Assembly: GCA_043826455.1 (NCBI GenBank)
Contig: JBDRQD010000057.1
Span: 1-64,000 of the forward strand
DNA length: 64,000 nucleotides
Origin: Candidatus Bathyarchaeota archaeon
GTDB taxonomy: Archaea > Thermoproteota > Bathyarchaeia > TCS64
Direction: 5' to 3'
Made by a program: the position numbers and the translations under genes. The notes beneath the pieces were generated by a model. It made no database searches. It was given only the letters and a program-made list of their open reading frames with translations, and was not told where the DNA came from. The first letter of the stretch is position 1, and each line of letters begins with the position of its first letter. Shown here piece after piece: positions 1-8,884 of this stretch.

Positions 1-572
1 GCGTTCTCCACCTGGCCGCTGGCCAGGAGGAACCCGAAGATGACCAGGAGGACGCCTGGGCCTCCGAGGCTCACCCTGCTGTAGTAGGGGTCCTCCACCA
101 GCATCCTGAGGTACCTGAAGAAAACGGCCCAGGTCTCCTCAATGCGCTCGCTGTGCTTGACCACGACGTGGTGGATGCTGGTGATGGGCACCCGGCTCTG
201 TACTATGGGGATGAGAGCGTCGTCGGCGAAGCCGTCCGTGACCAGGATGACGCCTGAGGCGTCGTAGATCCTCAGGACCTCTCCGAGCTCCTTTATCATT
301 TTTCGGTCCGCCTCGACGCCGCCGGAGCTGGTCCCGGCGATGGTGGCTACCTCGAAGCTCTCTTCGGGGTAGTCTCTGCGGAGCCTGTCGTGGAGCTTTA
401 TGGCGCCGAACATGGCGTTGGCGTCGGCCTCCTCGGGGTCCGAGACGGCTAGCTGGGTGGCTGCCTTGAGGTTCTCTTCTCTGCCTATGACCGGGGTCTT
501 CACTTCCGCCTTTTTGCCTATGTCGTCGTCCCCGTCTATGCATACGATGAGGGTTTTCTCGGTGGCAGACAT
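1..572 (-). CDS. DUF373-family archaeal membrane protein (3' end runs off the window)
   Basis: Manual translation from the ATG at 572: MSATEKTLIVCIDGDDDIGKKAEVKTPVIGREENLKAATQLAVSDPEEADANAMFGA...VTDGFADD, the typical DUF373 N-terminus. Missing from the ORF track because it is open at the edge. Confidence 0.8.
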   Translation of the reverse strand, partial: MSATEKTLIVCIDGDDDIGKKAEVKTPVIGREENLKAATQLAVSDPEEADANAMFGAIKLHDRLRRDYPEESFEVATIAGTSSGGVEADRKMIKELGEVLRIYDASGVILVTDGFADDALIPIVQSRVPITSIHHVVVKHSERIEETWAVFFRYLRMLVEDPYYSRVSLGGPGVLLVIFGFLLASGQVEN

Positions 573-641
573 GCCTAGGAGCGTATTTGGCTTGATGGGG
601 ATAAATATTTAGGGGTAGCGAAAAAAAAAGTGGGGCGGGGG

Positions 642-1637
642 CTAGACCTCCAGGTCTAGTGCTTCCTTCAGCCCCTTGTACCTGTTGCGTATAGTGACCT
701 CGGTGACGCCGGCTGCGTCGGCTATCATCTTCTGGGTGCGTTTCTCGTCGCACATGACGCAGGCTATGTACAGGGCCGCGGCTGCGAGGCCCATGGGGTC
801 CTTGCCCGCCGTGGTCCTGAGCTCCGTGGCCTGTCTGAGGATCTCCACGGCCTTCTGCTGGGTTCTTTCACCTACGCCCACCTTGGCGGCTATCTTGGGG
901 ACCCTCAGCTGGGCGTCGGGCTTGGGCATGGTGATGTCCAGCTCCCGGAGCATGAGCCTGTAGCACCTGGCTATGTCCTTCTTGTCTATGGGGCTCTGGT
1001 CGCTGATCTCCCGGAGGGTCCGGGGGGTCTGGGTGATCCTGCATGCCGCGTAGAGGCTCGCGGCTGTGATGGCGCTTATGCTTCGGCCGCGGACGAGGCC
1101 CCGTTCCAGGGCCTTCCTGTATATGATGGCGGCCTTCTCCTTGATGCCTGGGGGTATGTGGAGCTTGTCGCTGAGCCTGTCCAGCTCTGCCATGGCCTGG
1201 GCCAGGTTGCGGTCCATGCTGCTGTGGACCCTGCTCCTTATCTGCCATTTGCGGAGCCTGAGCATCTGGAGCTTTCTGTCCAGGGGTATTCTGCGGCCGA
1301 AGGCGTCTCTTCCTATCCTGCCGATCATGGTGGTGAGTCCCTTGTCGTGGACGGCGAAGCTGAGGGGGATGCCTACCCTGCTTCTGGTGTCCTTCTCGGC
1401 TGGGGTGAAGGCCCTCCACTCGGGGCCGTTGTTGATTATGCTCTCCTTCATGACGAGGCCGCATTTTCCGCAGATCAATTCGCCGGACTCGGGGTCGTGG
1501 ATTATGTGGGTGCTTTTGCACTCGGGGCACACGTCCTCGCTGAGGTGCGTGCTGCCTTTTCTTTTCATCTCTCTCACGTTTAGGCGCGTTTCCCTTCCCA
1601 GAATCCGCATCTCTGTGAGATGTAGAAACCTGATCAC
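642..1637 (-). CDS. tfb: Transcription initiation factor IIB
   Basis: Zn ribbon CPEC...CGKCG, B-reader GPEWRAF, two cyclin repeats (GRS, GKDP...AAAALY, GVTEVTIRNRYK). The true start is probably the ATG at 1568. Confidence 0.97.
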   Translation of the reverse strand: MIRFLHLTEMRILGRETRLNVREMKRKGSTHLSEDVCPECKSTHIIHDPESGELICGKCGLVMKESIINNGPEWRAFTPAEKDTRSRVGIPLSFAVHDKGLTTMIGRIGRDAFGRRIPLDRKLQMLRLRKWQIRSRVHSSMDRNLAQAMAELDRLSDKLHIPPGIKEKAAIIYRKALERGLVRGRSISAITAASLYAACRITQTPRTLREISDQSPIDKKDIARCYRLMLRELDITMPKPDAQLRVPKIAAKVGVGERTQQKAVEILRQATELRTTAGKDPMGLAAAALYIACVMCDEKRTQKMIADAAGVTEVTIRNRYKGLKEALDLEV

Positions 1638-1765
1638 TCGGGCAATTGCACCCCGGATTGAAAGAGTATTTAAGGCTTTCGGCTGAGCTGCTCTCCGTGT
1701 TGGGTGAAGGTGTGTGGAGGGTTTGGGTTAGGCTTTTATTCTGGTTGGAGTGTTTGTTGTTGCGT

Positions 1766-1841
1766 AGCCCGGTCGTCTAGTGGTCAAGGATCGGGGCCTC
1801 TGGAGCCTCTGACGAGAGTTCGAATCTCTCCCGGGCTACCA
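1766..1841 (+). tRNA. tRNA-Gln (anticodon CTG), intronless, CCA encoded
   Basis: Acceptor stem AGCCCGG/CCGGGCT, D-loop TAGTGGTCAAG, anticodon arm GGGGC-CTCTGGA-GCCTC, T arm GAGAG-TTCGAAT-CTCTC, 3' ACCA. Confidence 0.95.
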
Positions 1842-1936
1842 TTCTCGTCTTTTTCTGTGTGCAGGAGTTGGGGGAGGGGGGTGTAGTCGTCGTCGCCGCG
1901 AGCGGGATGAGGAAAATGGTGAGGTTTTCTGATCCT

Positions 1937-2968
1937 CTAGAACAGCAGTTTCCCGTCCTCGACGTACTTCACCCCATCGACGTACAGCGTCGGCGTGAAC
2001 GAGATAACGTCGATGTGCAGCTTCGCGACTATGCCGGTCTCGCCCTCCTGGAGGATGCGGCCGCCCGAGTCGCCGAAGGCCGTGTGCACCGTCCCCTCTG
2101 ACTGCTTGACCTCGTGGTACGGGGGGACCGTCATCGGTAGGTTCGGGGCGCCCAGCGAGGTCATGCCCTTCCTCGTGTAAGGGTTCATGCCTATGGCCAG
2201 TTCTGCGAACCTGTATATGTTCGGGTCGTCGATGGTCTCCAGCGCCTTCCAGAACATTCTCCCCATCTCTCCCTCTGCCTTGACGAGGACGCCGTCCCTG
2301 ATGGTGAGCTTCGCCTTCTCCCCGGGCATCACCTCGCTGAACGTGCCTATCCAGTCGACGACCTGTACGCCGTTCACGTCGTTGAAGTCGCCCACTGACA
2401 TGCACTCGTTCTGGGTCCAGCTCGCCTTCCCCGTGCCCGGCCCCCAGCCCTCGAACCGCTTCGTCGTCCCCGTCAGCTCCCCGCCGCCTGTGATCAGTCT
2501 GAACTCCTTGCCCCTGTGCTCGTTCAGCATCCTCGCCCACCGCTGGGCCTTCTCCGCGAGGGCCTTCCTGTCTACGTCCCTGATGTGCCAGGTCGCCTCC
2601 TTGACCTGCGACTGCCAGCCAAAGAGGAACTGGGCGCCGGCGGCGCGCGCGTCCCTGATCTCCTGGAGGAACGCGGGGTCCCAGTCCGCGAACCAGTAGA
2701 TGTAGTCCGTGGCCTTCAGGGCCTCGGCGACCGTCCTGGGCAGCTTCACCGCCCGCCCGAGGGACCAGAGCCCTATCGCCTCCTTCGGCGTGTTCACCAC
2801 CAGCACGTGGGGGATCGCGTCTATCGCCTTGCACATGGTCACGAGGGCGCTGTACCTCGTCGTGTCCGTGTCAGGGCTCACGCAGATGAGCACCTCGTCC
2901 CCCGCTTTCACGTCCTTGAACTCGAGTGTCCATTTGGCGAGCTCGCTGAACAGAGTTTCCCTCAACAT
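1937..2968 (-). CDS. M29-like leucyl aminopeptidase / NicX-like metalloenzyme
   Basis: C-terminal motifs FAELAIGMNP, EGTVHTAFGDS and HIDVISFTPTLYVDG. Confidence 0.75.
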   Translation of the reverse strand: MLRETLFSELAKWTLEFKDVKAGDEVLICVSPDTDTTRYSALVTMCKAIDAIPHVLVVNTPKEAIGLWSLGRAVKLPRTVAEALKATDYIYWFADWDPAFLQEIRDARAAGAQFLFGWQSQVKEATWHIRDVDRKALAEKAQRWARMLNEHRGKEFRLITGGGELTGTTKRFEGWGPGTGKASWTQNECMSVGDFNDVNGVQVVDWIGTFSEVMPGEKAKLTIRDGVLVKAEGEMGRMFWKALETIDDPNIYRFAELAIGMNPYTRKGMTSLGAPNLPMTVPPYHEVKQSEGTVHTAFGDSGGRILQEGETGIVAKLHIDVISFTPTLYVDGVKYVEDGKLLF

Positions 2969-3058
2969 CCGTATCTAGATCATTCACCTCTATTGACGAA
3001 ATAAGACTTCTCACACAGTGTAGGCCACGATGTTTTTAGAAAAAAGGTCAGACCCTTC

Positions 3059-3089
3059 GACTGGAGTTCGAATCTCCCCCGGACTACCA
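3059..3089 (+). repeat. Isolated tRNA 3'-end fragment (att-like remnant)
   Basis: GACTGGAGTTCGAATCTCCCCCGGACTACCA matches tRNA-Gln positions 1811-1841 at 27 of 31 nt. No 5' half lies upstream. Confidence 0.85.
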
Positions 3090-3185
3090 CTTGAACATGC
3101 TACTAGTAGTAAGCTGCTATTAATTTTGGTGCCCAGATACGGTAAGGTTTAGTAATCTGACCACTGGAAGTGAGGGTGACCGGGG

Positions 3186-3407
3186 ATGAGCGAGAAACGG
3201 ATCATGGAGTTGAGTGATCTCCTGGCCAGGAAGCAGATATCTCAGGCTAACCTCAAACGTGGGAAGGGCTCGGCGTCTGAGATCGTGAGGCTGGAAGCCG
3301 AGATAGTGTCATTGAAGCGGGAGATCAACCAGGAGCTGCTCCAGTTGTCCAAGGAGGCTGTCTCTGAGCTCGACGTTGAGACCGACGACACTCAGCGCAA
3401 CAGGTAG
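3186..3407 (+). CDS. Small hypothetical coiled-coil protein
   Basis: 73 aa helical ORF with an SD-like GAGGGTGA upstream. Confidence 0.5.
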   Translation: MSEKRIMELSDLLARKQISQANLKRGKGSASEIVRLEAEIVSLKREINQELLQLSKEAVSELDVETDDTQRNR

Positions 3408-3484
3408 AACCATTTTTTCAGACATTTTTCTTATAGTGTATGCACATGCACAGGGCATTGTGTTCATAAAGAAAAGGGAGGGGC

Positions 3485-4848
3485 TTATTCCTGGCGTCGA
3501 AGAGGACGGTGGATGCGCGTGCCTATGCGGAGCCACGCGATGCATCCATCCGGGCCTCTTAAGACTTGACCCATGTCGCCTTTGAAGGGCTCACCCATGC
3601 CGACTATGTGGTCGTCGCCGTAGAAGGCGTAGTGGACCGGAGGCGACGGCTCGGGCGAGGCCGGAGGTGTGTCCCTAGTGGGGAACCCTCCCAGCGATCT
3701 TCTGCTTATGAACAGCTTTCCGTCGCTGGTGGTCACCTCGGCCGATGTGAGGGTGGCCCTGTACTGGCCCACGTATTCCTTGAGCCGCTCCTCTGGCACG
3801 TCCACGGGGGTCAGCTCGGGCGTTTCTAAGCCCAGGTAGTGGTCCAGGGCCAGGTTGGCAACCTTCTGGGTCATCTGGCTGCCGCTGCCCGAGTTGGTCA
3901 CAAGCAGGACCGAGAAATCGTGGTCCGGGACAAGGGTCAGGAGGGATATCTGCCCCACCGTGCCTCCACTGTGGCTCAGAGTACGCGCCTCCCGGCGGTC
4001 GTCCACCCAGAACGTGTGGGCGACGCTGTTGTGGGGCGCGAACCGTACCTGGGGCGTGTGGAGCGTCCTGAGGGATTCGAGATCTAGGAGTCTCTTACCC
4101 TTGAATGTTCCGTCGCCCATCTGTAACTGGGTGTAGTTGAGCATATCATTCACGCAGGTCACTATGCCCCCCGCGGGGCCCGAGGCTCGGCCGATGGACC
4201 ATGGCTGCGCCACCTTGGGGCTGTCATCTTTCGTTACATGTCCGGAGGCGAAGCGGTGGGTCATCATCTCCCAGGGGAGGAGATAGGTGTGGCGCATCTC
4301 CAGGGGCTCGAAGAGCATCTCCTTGATGAGGGACGAGAAGACCTTCCCCGTCACCGCCTCGAGCACCCGCCCAGCTACGTTGAACCCAGCATTGTTGTAG
4401 GACAGTACCTTGCCGAGGGGGGTCAGCTGGGGGGTGTCAGCCATGGTCTCGACGTACCTTGCGACGGCGTCATCTCCGTGGCCTAGGTCCGGGGGGAACC
4501 AGTCGCCCACCCAGCCGGACGTGTGGGTGAGGAGGTGGCGCACGGTGGCCTTCTCCGAAGCCTCGGAGTCCTGGACCTTGAAGCCTGGCAGGTAGGTCCG
4601 GATGGGCTCGTCTAGCTCAAGCTTTCCCGCCTCAACCAGCCGCATGGTGAGGGTCCCGACGAAGGTCTTGGTTATGGAGCCGATCTGGAACAGGGTGGTC
4701 TCGTCCACGGGGACGGGGTGGTCCACGTTGGTCACGCCCAGGCCCTTAGTGAGGGTCTCTTCGCCGTGGCGTATGCCCACGGCTGCTCCGGGGACCCTGT
4801 ACTCCTTCATGTACTCCTTGATTTTAGCTACGAACTCTCTGCTCTTCA
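3485..4848 (-). CDS. Serine hydrolase, beta-lactamase class C / AmpC-like family
   Basis: SxxK (IGSITK), LLTHTSG, YxN (SYNN) and HSGG. The start is taken at MKSREF rather than the ORF-track start at 4915. Confidence 0.9.
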
Positions 4849-4995
4849 TGACAAACCAACATCTTCGTATTGCGTTGAGCTGGTATAAAGCAGATTTCCA
4901 GCGTGCGGTCTTCACCCGTTACTGGTGTTTATCGTTGTTATCCGTTGGCTGACTGCTACTGGGTAGAATGTGAGATTTTTCTGGGTTGCTTTTAG

Positions 4996-5397
4996 CTAAA
5001 CTCTGTTTTCATTGGGGGTCACTCGACGCTTCTCTGCTCGGTGGATTCTCATCTGCCCCTCGTCGAAGGTTCTGAGCTCGGCTTGGAGTCTGAGAGCCAG
5101 TGCAACGAACACGGTGTCGTAGAAGGGTGTGCCGTGTCTGACGGAGAGGCTATACGCGTCCCGGATGAGCTTGTTGTCGGGCTTTACCAGTGTTATCGTC
5201 TGTGCCTGGATCAGTGACTCCAAGGCATCAATGTATCTGGCCGCGTCTCTGATGTCCCGTATCAGGGTCTCGTGTTTCCAGATGACATTCACAATCTCGT
5301 AGAGAGCTAGGTCGGGTGTCACCAGCGGCTCGCCGCCAAGTAGCTCGGCGTCTCGTAGGATTGCCTCCACCAGGTAGCTGGTGTCGGCGACGTTCAT
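4996..5397 (-). CDS. vapC: PIN-domain (VapC-like) toxin
   Basis: VADTSYLV, LALYEIVNVIWK, FYDTVFVALA and LRTFD provide the PIN acidic residues. Confidence 0.9.
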   Translation of the reverse strand: MNVADTSYLVEAILRDAELLGGEPLVTPDLALYEIVNVIWKHETLIRDIRDAARYIDALESLIQAQTITLVKPDNKLIRDAYSLSVRHGTPFYDTVFVALALRLQAELRTFDEGQMRIHRAEKRRVTPNENRV

Positions 5398-5615
5398 CTC
5401 AGCCGGTCCCCGCGGATGAGGCTGAGGTCTTCCTCGATGGTGGTCTGGATGTTGGACGAGGCCTGGAGCCGTTTAAGCTCCTCGATGACTTGACGGCTGC
5501 TCTGCGCCTGCATGTACATACGGAGAGCCTGCCGGACTATGTCGGAGACTCGTCCATGTTTCTTTATCGCCTTTATCTCTTCGGGGGTCAGCCTGACCGT
5601 TATACTCTCCGTCAT
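5394..5615 (-). CDS. Ribbon-helix-helix antitoxin (VapB-like)
   Basis: MTESITVRLTPEE...VSDIVRQAL fits an RHH pattern and the C-terminus is SLIRGDR. It overlaps the toxin start by 4 nt. Confidence 0.8.
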   Translation of the reverse strand: MTESITVRLTPEEIKAIKKHGRVSDIVRQALRMYMQAQSSRQVIEELKRLQASSNIQTTIEEDLSLIRGDRLR

Positions 5616-5733
5616 ACATGACGTCTTACATTCTGGGGGCTTATAATGTTGTCTGTTACGGTTCTCCACAGGTGAATACCTAGGTAATGAGCAAATCCCA
5701 TGTAAGTGTAGGGTTCTCCATACATCCGCTACT

Positions 5734-6057
5734 CTAGTCTTGCAGGACCTCAAGCTTGAAGCTGACTGGCCTTACTCCGTCTGAGCATGCAGTGTACATG
5801 TAGGGTGGTTCAACCCATGACTCGAAGTTACCTCCGAAGCGTAGTACAGCGAGGTCCTTGTATAGGTCTCTCCACGCCCAGCTGCAGAAATCCTCCGGCA
5901 TTTTTCCGTCCTTCTCTACGATCCATTCCGCGTTTTCATCAATGGGACACACTGGATAGGCGTGATCTTTTCCGGGCTGGTTGGGGACTTTTCCATCGAA
6001 GATTATGGCTGGGTCTACTTTCTTTTGAACCGTTATCTTCACTCTATAACTCGGCAT
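5734..6057 (-). CDS. TIGR04076-like Cys-containing conserved protein
   Basis: CP...PEDFCSWAW...CSDGVRPVSFKLE pattern. Confidence 0.75.
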   Translation of the reverse strand: MPSYRVKITVQKKVDPAIIFDGKVPNQPGKDHAYPVCPIDENAEWIVEKDGKMPEDFCSWAWRDLYKDLAVLRFGGNFESWVEPPYMYTACSDGVRPVSFKLEVLQD

Positions 6058-6224
6058 GTGTAATCACAAGATTATCCAATATGTGTTCAAATAAGTGTTC
6101 TGCAAGTGCAGTGTCATCGGCTATAACACATGAATATAGAGATTATTGTGCACTCCAGTTCCCGGTTGTGGAGCCTGTTGAACTCGGCCAGGGCCTCGGC
6201 GATGACAGTCTCACTCACGAACTG

Positions 6225-6782
6225 TTACAGAGCGGCTCTTGAACCATTTGGCATGTACTCGCCCCGGAGGATGCTGTACACCAGGCTGTCCCGCCACTCC
6301 CCCCGGATGAGCTTGTCCTCACGTAGAAGTCCTTCGCGCTTCATGCCGTTGTGCTCCATGACCTTCCAGGAGGCCGCGTTCCTGGGGTCGCAGGTGGCCG
6401 TGATCCTGTGCATGCCAAGGGCCTCGAAACCGTAGGCGATGAGCTTCCCGGCCACCTCGGTACCGTAGCCTTTACCCCAATGGCCTTTGTTGAGGCAGTA
6501 GCCTATGGATGCTGCTCTGTTCTGGAGGCTGGTGACGTAGACGCCACAGCCGCCGATGACCCCGTCCTCGGGGTGCTCCACGGCCAAGGTGTACCTGAGC
6601 CTAGGGTTCTCCAACTGGTCCTCCACGGCCCTGGCGAGGAAGCTCCGGGTTTCCTCGGGCATGTTGGGGCCCCACTCCATGAAGCGGGTCACCTCGGGGT
6701 CGCTGCCGTAGGCGTGGACGCCCTCGTAGTCGCCCTGGGTGAACTCCCGGATGAGGAGGCGCCTGGTCTTGAGCTGAACCAA
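6225..6782 (-). CDS. GNAT N-acetyltransferase, RimJ/RimL family
   Basis: LKTRRLLIREF, IGYCLNKGHWGKGYGTE, NAASWKVMEHNGMKREG. Confidence 0.9.
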   Translation of the reverse strand: MVQLKTRRLLIREFTQGDYEGVHAYGSDPEVTRFMEWGPNMPEETRSFLARAVEDQLENPRLRYTLAVEHPEDGVIGGCGVYVTSLQNRAASIGYCLNKGHWGKGYGTEVAGKLIAYGFEALGMHRITATCDPRNAASWKVMEHNGMKREGLLREDKLIRGEWRDSLVYSILRGEYMPNGSRAAL

Positions 6783-6824
6783 TGCGGATGCTCTGATACC
6801 TGCCTCGGTGATAAGGTGTTCGGC

Positions 6825-7517
6825 CTACCACCAGACCTCGTACCTGATCCTGGCCTCGTCTACGCCCAGATTCCTAAGAGCCGCCACCGTGCCCATGATC
6901 ATGTCCCTGGGCCCCGAGACGAAGTAGAGGGCGTCGGCGGCCAGGCCAAGCTCACGGAGAGCCGCCTCATCGATTCTTCCTTTCCGGTGCATGGATACTT
7001 CTCCCGTCACGAAGAAGTGGGTCCTGATCCGCCTGTTACGCTTCTCCATGGCCTCGATCTCCTCAAGGTACAGGAGCTCGTCCAGAGACGAGGCGCTGTA
7101 GAGGAGGGTGGCCCAGACGTCGCCGGCCTCGTCCGCGTATCTTAGGATGCTGATGATGGGTGTGATCCCTATGCCGCCCGCGATGAGCACCAGCCGGTCA
7201 CCCATATCCCGGGTGTAGTAGGTGTCGCCCTGGCCGCCGTCGACATACAGGGTGTCCCCCACCCGGGCGGACTCGTGGATGAACCTCGTAACAGGGTTGT
7301 CCCCCGTCTTCACGGATATCTCTAGGAATCCTTTCATGCTGGGTGACGATGTCAGGGTGTAGCCTGCGACTCTCCGCTCCCCATCAACATCAGCGTAGCA
7401 GTCTATCCACTGGCCTGGGTGGAAGCTGAACCCCTGGCCTAGGAGGTCCAGCCTCAGCGTCTTAACGGTGGGCGTTGACCGCCTGATCTCGGCTATCCTA
7501 ACAGGTATGACGGGCAT
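6825..7517 (-). CDS. FAD/NAD(P)-binding oxidoreductase (ferredoxin reductase-like)
   Basis: FHPGQW, YTLTSSP, LIAGGIGITP, FVSGP, C-terminal YEVWW. Confidence 0.88.
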   Translation of the reverse strand: MPVIPVRIAEIRRSTPTVKTLRLDLLGQGFSFHPGQWIDCYADVDGERRVAGYTLTSSPSMKGFLEISVKTGDNPVTRFIHESARVGDTLYVDGGQGDTYYTRDMGDRLVLIAGGIGITPIISILRYADEAGDVWATLLYSASSLDELLYLEEIEAMEKRNRRIRTHFFVTGEVSMHRKGRIDEAALRELGLAADALYFVSGPRDMIMGTVAALRNLGVDEARIRYEVWW

Positions 7518-7554
7518 GACACACCTTTCAACGTCTGAGACACTAATAAAACGT

Positions 7555-7705
7555 CTAGCCCCGGACCAGGTTCCTTAACCCGATCTCGTCGGCTCATCTC
7601 CCGGGCCTCAGCGATCTCCTCGGAGCTCAGCCTTCGCTTCAGCTCCTCCCGCTCCCCGGCTCGCCGCTCGGGGTGGTACTGGAACATGAGGTTGACGAGG
7701 GTCAC
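7555..7705 (-). pseudogene. Displaced, frameshifted 3' end of the radical SAM gene at 8885-9970
   Basis: Translates as VNLMFQYHPERRAGEREELKRRLSSEEIAEAREM, then after a 1-nt shift ADEIGLRNLVRG*. The intact gene ends VNLMFQYRPEWRARERPEMKRRLTSEEISEAQQIAQDIGLTNLVRG*. Confidence 0.9.
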
Positions 7706-7789
7706 TTTATCAGTACATAGGGCAGATATGGCTTTACCGGTTAAGAGATCTATTTTAATTCAACTCGTATAACCTTAACTCTTATCTAA

Positions 7790-8644
7790 ATGATTACTAT
7801 ATCATATATGATGTCCGTGATTAGGAAATTCCCATACTTGGTACTGGTCATATTATTGTTCATGAACGTCACGTTGGTAATAGCATCCGATATTGTTTTC
7901 TCTTTAGAACCAGAAGTAGTCCAGCTCCCATATTTGGAGAATGAATGGGGTTCAGTTTTCATATTGGAGTTAAAGGTCACTGACGTTGAGGATCTTAAGG
8001 AGTTTCACATCGACTTCGCATACGACAAGGGAATAATCGATTATATTGTCGGAGATATTGACAGAAGCTTCTATGTGAAGACAGGAGGTTGGGTTGGAAA
8101 CTCTCTCGATGGAGAGTTAGCTAAATCCTTCACAGGTACAAGCATAATGTTCCACTATATCTTCAGAGTAGTGGATTTAGGAACGACTACGATTAGGCTA
8201 CAGAATGCTGAATTCTTTGACAGCGAAGGTAACTCTATAGACTATGTTAAAACTGATTGTACGGTGAACGTGGTTGAATTCAGCGAGTACGTTAACGTAA
8301 CCTATAGAAATCTTATCGAAGAACATGATGAACTAACATTTAACTACACTCAACTACAAGCCAACTACGACCAGCTACATGGCTTACACCTTGATTTAGA
8401 GTCAGAATTAGCCTCACTAGAATCAGAGAACGATGATTTAGCATCAGAGAATATGGAGCTACAGAGCCAAATCAACACAATCGAATCAGACATAGAAGAT
8501 CTAACTACCCAAATTAAAGAACTACAGAGTGAAATTGAGAGGTTGGAGAGTCAGCAGATCCCTGGATTCCCATTAATGTCACTTATTGTTGGTTTGGTTG
8601 GCATAGTAATATTTGCTTACATGAGTAATTGTAGAGGCTCATGA
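7790..8644 (+). CDS. AT-rich surface protein: signal peptide, cohesin-like beta domain, coiled coil and C-terminal IPGFP-TM anchor
   Basis: N-terminal hydrophobic segment, beta-rich region, acidic heptad repeats, then QQIPGFPLMSLIVGLVGIVIFAY. Confidence 0.75.
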   Translation: MITISYMMSVIRKFPYLVLVILLFMNVTLVIASDIVFSLEPEVVQLPYLENEWGSVFILELKVTDVEDLKEFHIDFAYDKGIIDYIVGDIDRSFYVKTGGWVGNSLDGELAKSFTGTSIMFHYIFRVVDLGTTTIRLQNAEFFDSEGNSIDYVKTDCTVNVVEFSEYVNVTYRNLIEEHDELTFNYTQLQANYDQLHGLHLDLESELASLESENDDLASENMELQSQINTIESDIEDLTTQIKELQSEIERLESQQIPGFPLMSLIVGLVGIVIFAYMSNCRGS

Positions 8645-8884
8645 CACGTGTGTGGTTTGAATGAATCTCAATATTTACTAAATGTTTTGTGGAATTTCTT
8701 ATAGTTGAATCATCGAAAAAGATCTAGATCTAGAATGACCTATCTATACCGCGGAGTTGAGAAGGATCTATTTACCCTCTGGTATTTTCCCATTCTTTAG
8801 GTCTTTGTGCTAATAGGAGTGTCTTTGGTGGTTGCGCGCGCTGGTGGGTTTGAACCTTTAAACTTAGGGAGAATATATTATAAC

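Noticed and set aside
3485..4848. Antibiotic-resistance beta-lactamase
   Set aside because: The motifs only place it in the broad serine hydrolase family, so esterase or peptidase activity is at least as likely.
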